From Candidatus Acetothermia bacterium (GTDB lineage Bacteria > Bipolaricaulota > Bipolaricaulia > RBG-16-55-9 > DRXL01): a DNA stretch of 37,683 nucleotides. A program made the position numbers and the translations under genes. Positions 31,620 through 37,683 of this stretch are shown in pieces (within the stretch, counting starts at the first letter, position 1; the number at the start of each line of letters is the position of its first letter). The notes beneath the pieces were generated by a model. It saw only the letters and a list, made by a program, of their open reading frames with translations. It had not been told where the DNA came from and did not search any database. Location of the stretch: positions 1-37,683 of the forward strand of contig JAPWVB010000002.1 in the NCBI GenBank assembly GCA_028275205.1, read 5' to 3'.

Positions 31620-34172
31620 ATGGCGAAAGCGAAGCTCACCCCGATGATGCAACAATATCTGCGCATTAAGGCGCAGTATCAAGACGTTATTCTCTTTTTT
31701 CAGCTTGGGGATTTCTACGAGACGTTCTTCGAGGACGCTGAGCTGGTGGCGCGCGAGCTCGATATTGCGCTCACCAAGCGCGACGAGGCCCCTATGGCCG
31801 GCGTCCCCGTCAAGCGCGTCGCCTTCTACGTCAATCAATTATTAAAGAAGGGCTATAAAGTCGCGCTCTGCGAGCAACTCCAAGACCCCGAAGAAGCCAA
31901 AGGCCTTGTGGAACGCGATGTCGTGCGCATCATCACGCCGGGGACGATCCTCGAGGAAGAGCTTCTAGAGCGCGGAGTCAATAATTATCTTGTCGCCCTC
32001 TACCCCCAGGGCGATCGCTGCGGCCTGGCCTACGCGGATATCTCCACGGGGGAGTTCAGGGCTACCGAGCTAGAGCTCTCTGAAGTCACTCACGAATTGA
32101 ACAGATTGCGCCCAGCAGAGCTCATCCTCCCCCAGGGCACAACGCTTGCTGAGGGCTATCACGCAGCGCGCAGCACCCTGGAGCCTTCGAGCTTCCAAAC
32201 CGAAAAGCTTCTCGAGCACTTTGGGATCGTCTCGCTCGACGGTCTTGGGCTGCCAGAGTTAGCCGGGCGCAGCGCCGCAGGGCTCCTCAGCTATGTGAAG
32301 GAGACCCAGAAGGGAGCCCTGCAGCATCTTGGTCCTCCAAAGTTCTATCAGCTTTCTGCGCAGATGGGACTCGATCCGTTCACCGTGCGCAATCTGGAGC
32401 TTGTCGAAGAGCTGCGCAGCTCCGGTACCCAAGCGACGCTCTTCTCTGTGATCAATCAGACGGTCACGGGGATGGGCGAGAGACTGTTGCGACGATGGCT
32501 CCTCGCGCCGTTGCTCGATCGGGCGGAGATCGAGCGGCGCTTAGACGCCGTCAAATTCTTCGTAGAACACCCTCACGAGCGCAGCGAGCTTCGCAAGCTT
32601 CTGGGGCGCATTTCGGATCTGGAGCGCCTTGCAGGGCGCTTGGGAGCGGGGCGCGCCACCCCACGGGATCTGCTCTCCCTGCGGCAATCGCTGGAGCACA
32701 TAACCACGCTGACGGAGCTGATGCAGCGCTGGGAGGGCGCTCCCCCCAAGCTCACGGAGTTCTTGCAGTGTATAAAGTCTTTAGCGCTCGACGAGCTGCG
32801 CGAGCTACTCCGCCGCGCCATCCGCGAAGATGCCCCACTTGAGCTCAAAGAGGGCAATATCATCCAAGAGGGCTTTTCGCCGGAGCTCGACGAACTGAAA
32901 GCGCAGGAGCGCATCTTCAAGAGAAAGATCCTCGAGCTGGAGGCGCGCGAGCGCGAGCGCACCGGCATCCAGACCCTCAAAGTCGGGTTCAATACCGTCT
33001 TTGGGTACTATATCGAGGTGAGCAAGGCCGCGGCCAAGCGTGTCCCCCCAGACTATCACCGCAAGCAGACGCTGGCCAACGCCGAGCGCTTCTTCACCCC
33101 GGAGCTCAAAGAGTACGAAGAGAAGATTCTCTCTGCAGAGGAGCGCGCCAAGCGTCTAGAGTACGAGCTCTTCTGCGAGATCCGCGAGAGGGCTTCGCAG
33201 AAGATCTCAGAGATTCAAGGGCTTGGGCGTATCGCCGCGGAGTTGGATGTGTTCGCAGGGCTTGCGGAGACGGCGCATCGCTTTCACTACACGCGCCCGC
33301 GCTTCACCGATCGCGCGGAGATCGTCATTCGCGATGGACGTCACCCTATCGTCGAGCGCCTCTTGCCCGCGGGAGAGTTCGTCCCCAACGACCTCCAGAT
33401 GAGCCCAGAAGACTTTCTCATCGTGCTGACCGGCCCCAATATGAGCGGCAAGAGCGTCTATATCAGACAGATCGCGCTGATCAGTCTTCTCGCTCAGATG
33501 GGCTCGTTCGTGCCGGCAAAGTCTGCCACGCTCCCCATCATTGATAAGATCTTCGCGCGCGTGGGAGCGAGCGATATGCTCGCCTCCGGCTATAGCACGT
33601 TCATGGTGGAGATGCTCGAGACGGCTCATATTCTCAATAACGCCACGGAGCGCAGCTTAATTATCTTAGACGAGATGGGCCGGGGCACGAGCACCTTCGA
33701 CGGGGTAAGCATCGCCTGGGCGGTCGCGGAGCACTTAGCTACAAAAGTCAGAGCCAAGACGCTCTTTGCCACGCACTATCATGAGCTGACGAAGTTGGCC
33801 GAGCGCGTCCGGGGCGTCAAAAACTATCACGTCCAGGTGAAAGAATACGCAAACCAAGTGATCTTTCTCCACAAGGTAGCTCCTGGGGCGACCGAGGGCA
33901 GCTACGGGGTCCATGTGGCGCGCATGGCCGGGCTCCCCGAAGAAGTGACGCGCAAGGCCGATGAGATCCTGCAGAAGATCTTGCAGAACAACCCCCTCGA
34001 TGCTATGGGGGAGCTGCGCACGAGAGATCCCAAGTTCATCAAACAGCTTGCGATCTTCCGCGCCGAGGAGCACCCGGTCATCCACGAGCTTAAAAAGCTC
34101 GATGTCAATACGCTGACGCCCCTTCAAGCTTTAGAGATCTTAGCGCAGCTCAAGCGGCGCGTTGACTCGTGA
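31620..34172 (+). CDS. mutS: DNA mismatch repair protein MutS
   Basis: The true start is ATG 31620, giving MAKAKLTPMMQQYLRIKAQYQD (the MutS N-terminus). Walker A is GPNMSGKS, and DEMGRGTSTFDG is present. The 64-codon upstream extension in the ORF track overlaps mobA and is Arg/Ser/Cys-rich junk. Confidence 0.95.
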   Translation: MAKAKLTPMMQQYLRIKAQYQDVILFFQLGDFYETFFEDAELVARELDIALTKRDEAPMAGVPVKRVAFYVNQLLKKGYKVALCEQLQDPEEAKGLVERDVVRIITPGTILEEELLERGVNNYLVALYPQGDRCGLAYADISTGEFRATELELSEVTHELNRLRPAELILPQGTTLAEGYHAARSTLEPSSFQTEKLLEHFGIVSLDGLGLPELAGRSAAGLLSYVKETQKGALQHLGPPKFYQLSAQMGLDPFTVRNLELVEELRSSGTQATLFSVINQTVTGMGERLLRRWLLAPLLDRAEIERRLDAVKFFVEHPHERSELRKLLGRISDLERLAGRLGAGRATPRDLLSLRQSLEHITTLTELMQRWEGAPPKLTEFLQCIKSLALDELRELLRRAIREDAPLELKEGNIIQEGFSPELDELKAQERIFKRKILELEARERERTGIQTLKVGFNTVFGYYIEVSKAAAKRVPPDYHRKQTLANAERFFTPELKEYEEKILSAEERAKRLEYELFCEIRERASQKISEIQGLGRIAAELDVFAGLAETAHRFHYTRPRFTDRAEIVIRDGRHPIVERLLPAGEFVPNDLQMSPEDFLIVLTGPNMSGKSVYIRQIALISLLAQMGSFVPAKSATLPIIDKIFARVGASDMLASGYSTFMVEMLETAHILNNATERSLIILDEMGRGTSTFDGVSIAWAVAEHLATKVRAKTLFATHYHELTKLAERVRGVKNYHVQVKEYANQVIFLHKVAPGATEGSYGVHVARMAGLPEEVTRKADEILQKILQNNPLDAMGELRTRDPKFIKQLAIFRAEEHPVIHELKKLDVNTLTPLQALEILAQLKRRVDS

Positions 34173-34830
34173 GCAGGCACTGGGCAAGCTGAAGATCGAA
34201 TGGAGTTGTGACTTTGATATTGCTCGCTTCGCCAGGGACGATCGCTGGGCGCACCCCGCTCATTGCGAAGACGCAGCCGGCTTCGTCGGTGAAATAGCGG
34301 CCGAGGGCGCATGCGCGCTCCAGAGCTTCTAATAAGAGCGTGCGTCGGAAGCCCTGAGGCGTCTGGGCGCAGAAGAGCTGAGAGCGGTCTTCATCAGAGA
34401 TAATTTGATTGTCTCGAATGCGCTTGACGCTGTCGGTGATGGGGATGACGGGCACGGCCGCGCCGTGCTCTCTCATAGCGCTGATGACGCGCTCGACGAG
34501 CGAACGCGACGCGCACGGGCGCGAGGCATCGTGCACCAAGACGTACTCACCAGAAGCCGCTCTTACTCCCGCGAGCACCGAATCTTGGCGGTGCGGCCCA
34601 CCGTGCACCCGCCGCACGGGTCTCTCTATCAGCGACTGAAAGAGCTGTTCGTCGTCGGGATGGATCACGACGATGCTCTCGGAGCAGAGCCTCTCGAAGA
34701 GCTCTAAAGAGTATACTATCAAGGGCTTGCCGTGGACGGACACATATGCTTTGGGCAGGGCTGCGCCCAGGCGGCTCCCTCGCCCCGCCGCCACGATGAT
34801 CGCGCTGATCGTCGCTACTGCTGCTCCCAT
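34150..34830 (-). CDS. ispD: 2-C-methyl-D-erythritol 4-phosphate cytidylyltransferase IspD
   Basis: AIIVAAGRGSRLG...PKAYV is at the N-terminus, with VLVHDASRPC and QTPQGF downstream. Confidence 0.9.
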   Translation of the reverse strand: MGAAVATISAIIVAAGRGSRLGAALPKAYVSVHGKPLIVYSLELFERLCSESIVVIHPDDEQLFQSLIERPVRRVHGGPHRQDSVLAGVRAASGEYVLVHDASRPCASRSLVERVISAMREHGAAVPVIPITDSVKRIRDNQIISDEDRSQLFCAQTPQGFRRTLLLEALERACALGRYFTDEAGCVFAMSGVRPAIVPGEASNIKVTTPFDLQLAQCLLTSQRAA

Positions 34831-35849
34831 TTGATGGGCTCGACCTTGGGGCGCACAAAGAGCATCTTGCCGGCCTCGGTCTGCAGGCTCGAATTGACAA
34901 TAGCTTTGATCTTCTTGCCGATGAACCGCCGCCCGTTTTCCACGACGACCATCGTGCCGTCGTCGAGGTACCCCACACCTTGGTTGATCTCCTCGCCTCG
35001 GTCGATCACTTCGACTTCGATCTCTTCGCCGGGGATAAATCTAGGCTTGACGGCGTTGGCTAACTCATTGATATTGAGCACAGGCACGCCCTCGACCTTA
35101 GCGACTTTATTGAGATTGTAGTCGGTGGTGATGATCTTGGCGTTGAGCTCCTTGGCGAGCTGGATGAGCTTGCGATCGACGTCCGTTATGTTGGGGTAAT
35201 CTTTGTTGAGCACCTCGACCTGGACTTCAGAGCTGCGCCGTAGCTCGCCCAAGATATCTAAGCCCCGACGCCCCTTGCGCCGCCGCAGGTTGTCTTGGGA
35301 GTCAGCAATAGTCTGCAACTCGCTGAGCACAAACTCTGCGATAATGATCTTGCCTTCGATGAACCCCGTCTTGGCGAGATCCCCGATGCGCCCGTCAATG
35401 ATCGCGCTGGTGTCCACGAGCTTCACGAGGGTGGGAGGAGGGCTGGATTCAGGAGTCTTCTCTCTCCATGAGAGCGTCACGCGTTGTCCCACAGCAAATC
35501 CCCCGATCGTAAAAGCCAGCACGATCATCCCTTGGAAGGCGCGCACCAAGGGGTTCTGAGGGAAGAGCAGAGCCAAGCCCCACGCGATGGCAAAGCTCAA
35601 GAGGGCTCCCACAAGCCCGATGAGCGCCCCTTGCACGAGGCGGCGTGGTCCGTCCTCCTGAGATAACTCCCTCTGAAGTAATCCCATGAGACTCGTGATA
35701 AAGAGGGCTGCGGCGAGCCCGCTCAGCGCTCCCACTAACACTTGGGCTTCCCAGGCGTGCAGCCCGCCCAGCGGCGGCACCCACCCCTCAAGAACGCTGA
35801 TGAGAACCCCTAAGATTATGAGTATGGCGTAGAGAAAGACCTTGAACAT
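34815..35849 (-). CDS. PIN/TRAM domain membrane protein (YacL-like)
   Basis: Start is ATG 35849 (MFKVFLYAILIILGVL), with GAGGGAAG upstream. Four TM helices are followed by a PIN domain (LVDTSAIIDGRIGDL...EFVLSELQ) and a C-terminal TRAM-like domain (EEIEVEVIDRGEEINQGVGYLDDGTMVVVENG). It lies directly upstream of ispD, matching the yacL-ispD synteny of Bacillus. Confidence 0.85.
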   Translation of the reverse strand: MFKVFLYAILIILGVLISVLEGWVPPLGGLHAWEAQVLVGALSGLAAALFITSLMGLLQRELSQEDGPRRLVQGALIGLVGALLSFAIAWGLALLFPQNPLVRAFQGMIVLAFTIGGFAVGQRVTLSWREKTPESSPPPTLVKLVDTSAIIDGRIGDLAKTGFIEGKIIIAEFVLSELQTIADSQDNLRRRKGRRGLDILGELRRSSEVQVEVLNKDYPNITDVDRKLIQLAKELNAKIITTDYNLNKVAKVEGVPVLNINELANAVKPRFIPGEEIEVEVIDRGEEINQGVGYLDDGTMVVVENGRRFIGKKIKAIVNSSLQTEAGKMLFVRPKVEPIKWEQQ

Positions 35850-35870
35850 TCTTCCCTCGACGCGCTCTCT

Positions 35871-35879
35871 ATTGTAGCA
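35871..35879 (-). promoter_or_regulatory. Extended -10 promoter candidate (TGCTACAAT on the minus strand) for the PIN/TRAM-ispD operon
   Basis: The reverse complement of 35871-35879 (attgtagca) is TGCTACAAT, the same 9-mer as upstream of mobA. A ~15-nt leader containing GAGGGAAG runs to ATG 35849. Confidence 0.3.
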
Positions 35880-35886
35880 CAAGCGC

Positions 35887-35916
35887 TTGACTTCTGCACG
35901 ATCTTTCGGATATTTT
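35887..35916 (+). promoter_or_regulatory. Promoter candidate for prmC: TTGACT-17/18 nt-(A)TATTT
   Basis: TTGACT lies at 35887-35892 and ATATTT/TATTTT at 35910-35916. ATG 35925 lies only ~2-3 nt beyond the expected TSS, and no usable SD is present. Confidence 0.3.
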
Positions 35917-35924
35917 TTAGGACG

Positions 35925-36833
35925 ATGAAACCCACAATGACTGTCAGTGAGGCCCTGCGCTGGGCGACAGGGCAGCTTGCCCAAAGCTCCAGAGAATCAG
36001 CGCGCCTGGAAGCGGAGCTCATCATCGCCCACGTCTTACAGAAGGCGCGCCATGAGCTCTATCTGCAGCCATCCCATACGCTCTCGCACGACGAGCAGAC
36101 CCAACTGTATGAGCTTATCGAGCGGCGCGGCCACGGCGAGCCCTTGCAATATCTCTTAGAGTATACGGAATTTTACGGGTGTCTCTTGCGGGTCACCCCA
36201 GCGGTGCTCATCCCGCGCCCAGAGACCGAAGAGTTAGTCGAATTTGTGCTTCAGAGCACGCTCCATCCCCCCAAGGATGTGCTCGACTTGGGCACGGGCT
36301 CAGGAGCGATTGCGATCGCGTTAGCGCGCGCCTGGCCCGAAAGCTCTCTCGTCGCCACTGACATCTCGCAAGAAGCTTTGGCGCTGGCGCGCGAGAATGC
36401 CCTGCGCAATGGGGTAGCCGAGCGCATTCGATTCGTTCAATCAGATTGGTTCTCTCAGATCTCTGGGAGATTCGATCTGATCGTGTCTAATCCCCCTTAC
36501 GTGCGGACAGGGTACTTCGCCCATGCCCCGCGCGAGCTGCTCTATGAGCCTCGTGTTGCTCTCGACGGCGGCCCCCAGGGTCTAGACGCGCTGCGCCGAA
36601 TCATCCAAGAGAGCCCAAGGTATCTGCGCTCTGGCGGCTCTCTGTATCTGGAGATCGGCTCCGATCAGGGGCAGGCGGTGCGAGAGCTCTCCGCTCAGAC
36701 GGGGGCGTTTGTGAACGTTGAGATTCGCAAAGATCTCTCTGGCCAGGAGCGATTCGCCAGACTCCGTCTGGACTGTACGCCTTCGCCGGCCAATGGCCGG
36801 CGAAGATGTACGGTCCAGGCGAAGCCTGGTTGA
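35925..36833 (+). CDS. prmC: Peptide chain release factor N5-glutamine methyltransferase PrmC (HemK)
   Basis: The SAM motif is VLDLGTGSGAIAIALA and the catalytic motif is VSNPPY. The family-typical end is around ...GQERFARLRL (~36765). The last ~22 codons read through a long palindrome. Confidence 0.9.
   Translation: MKPTMTVSEALRWATGQLAQSSRESARLEAELIIAHVLQKARHELYLQPSHTLSHDEQTQLYELIERRGHGEPLQYLLEYTEFYGCLLRVTPAVLIPRPETEELVEFVLQSTLHPPKDVLDLGTGSGAIAIALARAWPESSLVATDISQEALALARENALRNGVAERIRFVQSDWFSQISGRFDLIVSNPPYVRTGYFAHAPRELLYEPRVALDGGPQGLDALRRIIQESPRYLRSGGSLYLEIGSDQGQAVRELSAQTGAFVNVEIRKDLSGQERFARLRLDCTPSPANGRRRCTVQAKPG
36770..36829. repeat. Long hairpin (11-bp perfect core cttcgccggcc-aat-ggccggcgaag, extended to ~21 paired positions) plus an adjacent 6-bp hairpin (ccaggc-gaa-gcctgg)
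   Basis: Read directly: core arms at 36781-36791 and 36795-36805. Outer pairing between 36770-36779 and 36807-36816 includes two G-U pairs. The second hairpin spans 36815-36829. Both lie inside the 3' tail of the prmC ORF, immediately before ftsE. Confidence 0.45.
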
Positions 36834-36839
36834 TGAGAT

Positions 36840-37526
36840 ATGTCTCTCTTGGTGCAAGTATCTGAGTTGCAGTTTGTGACCCCTGAAGGGAAGAGAATCT
36901 TGGAGGACGTGACCCTGCGGGTGGACCACGGAGAATTAGTCTTTCTTGTGGGGCCGCCGTCGTCGGGCAAGAGCCTCATCTTGAAGTTGCTTTCCCATGA
37001 GCTGCGCCCGCAGCGCGGCCAGATCCTCGTTGATGATCGTAACGTGACTCGGCTCCACGAGAACAAACTGCCAGCGTTCCGAAGGCGCCTGGGGATCGTC
37101 CCCCAAGAGCTGACTTTGCCGCGGCGCACCGTGAGGGATGCGCTCGCATTTAAGTTGGGGAGTTTGGGCTTCTCTTCTGAAGACAGCACGGCTCTCATTG
37201 ACGAAATCTTGGAGACGGTGAAGCTGCGCGCTGTCGCCGATACGCTCGTCACGGAGCTCGATCCCGCGCAGCAGAAGCTCTTCGCCATAGCTCTTGCGGC
37301 GTGTCATAATCCCGTGTTATTGCTTGTGGATGAGCCGTTTGGGGGACTAGAATACAAAGATGCTCAACGAGTGCTGGAGGGGATTGCGGCGGTGCATGAA
37401 CGCAAGCGCGTGGCCATGCTCATCGCCACGAGAGAGAGGGGACTAGCGGTGCGCAGCGGTGCGCGGGTTGTGTATCTATGGGCAGGGCGGACGATAGACG
37501 GCGCCCCGCCGGAGAAGGAGCTATGA
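36840..37526 (+). CDS. ftsE: FtsE-like ABC ATPase with degenerate signature and H-loop motifs
   Basis: Walker A (GPPSSGKS), Q-loop (GIVPQE) and Walker B (VLLLVDEP) are intact. Where LSGGEQQRVAIARA is expected, the protein reads LDPAQQKLFAIALA. The H-loop position reads IATRE (Arg instead of His). A membrane protein gene follows, with an ATGA overlap. Confidence 0.72.
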   Translation: MSLLVQVSELQFVTPEGKRILEDVTLRVDHGELVFLVGPPSSGKSLILKLLSHELRPQRGQILVDDRNVTRLHENKLPAFRRRLGIVPQELTLPRRTVRDALAFKLGSLGFSSEDSTALIDEILETVKLRAVADTLVTELDPAQQKLFAIALAACHNPVLLLVDEPFGGLEYKDAQRVLEGIAAVHERKRVAMLIATRERGLAVRSGARVVYLWAGRTIDGAPPEKEL

Positions 37527-37683
37527 AGTTTCTCTTGTCCGAACTGCTGCGAACGATCGTGAGGAGCTGGCGGCTTGTGGGATGGGTCTTGGGAGGGGCA
37601 GTGATCGCGGCGCTCGCGTTTGTGATCTTTCTCATACTCTGGGTTGCGCGTGGGGAGTGGGGGGAGAACCGCCTGATCGTGCT
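37523..37683 (+). CDS. FtsX-like permease, 3'-truncated by the window edge (N-terminal 53 codons only)
   Basis: ATG 37523 overlaps the ftsE-like stop (ATGA). My translation is MKFLLSELLRTIVRSWRLVGWVLGGAVIAALAFVIFLILWVARGEWGENRLIV: a basic N-terminus followed by one TM helix, as at the start of FtsX. The call rests mainly on position. Confidence 0.4.
   Translation, partial: MKFLLSELLRTIVRSWRLVGWVLGGAVIAALAFVIFLILWVARGEWGENRLIV

Noticed and set aside
35850-35984. A 45-codon extension of the PIN/TRAM gene overlapping the prmC start region
   Set aside because: The extension is basic and Cys-rich junk that covers the divergent promoter region. ATG 35849 has an SD and begins directly with the first TM helix.

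Overview
This is a 37.7-kb chromosomal window from a GC-rich, outer-membrane-bearing (diderm) bacterium; I cannot assign a phylum from the sequence alone. About 33 protein-coding genes are packed tightly on both strands, with many 4-40 nt same-strand overlaps and several convergent 3'-end overlaps. I found no rRNA, tRNA, CRISPR array, transposase, integrase or phage genes.

The backbone is housekeeping and strongly weighted toward envelope biogenesis:
- bamA (5' partial), a skp-like gene and fabZ
- ftcD-like and murD
- yjbQ and an EF-G paralog
- phoH and a 7TM-HD (PgpH-like) gene
- ligA
- lnt, ccdA-like and lgt
- lptC, lptB and pyrG
- mobA, mutS and ispD
- a PIN/TRAM (yacL-like) gene, prmC, and ftsE-like plus ftsX-like (3' partial)

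Two regions stand out.
1. A single 1086-aa ORF (7054-10314, minus strand) fuses a complete LptF/LptG-type inner-membrane permease in frame to an LptD-type outer-membrane LPS translocon. The two parts are joined by a segment that looks like a signal peptide or a 7th TM helix. In the same window lptC is followed directly by lptB, with no lptA.
2. A five-gene minus-strand module (16623-23399) encodes an ECF sigma factor, a membrane anti-sigma candidate with a CBM48/AMPK-beta-like extracytoplasmic domain, and two exported proteins of unknown function. One of those ends in a copy of the protease prodomain motif. The fifth gene is a 1391-aa S8 subtilase carrying 4 tandem CARDB repeats, DUF4384, PKD and an unassigned C-terminal domain.

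Smaller observations:
- two copies of a nested palindromic (REP-like) element with compensatory stem changes
- a hairpin-encoded tail on prmC
- an FtsE-like ATPase with degenerate catalytic motifs
- an unlisted 50-aa membrane ORF ahead of ligA
- candidate leaderless or extended -10 promoters

All functional calls come from motif recognition by eye. No database search was run.
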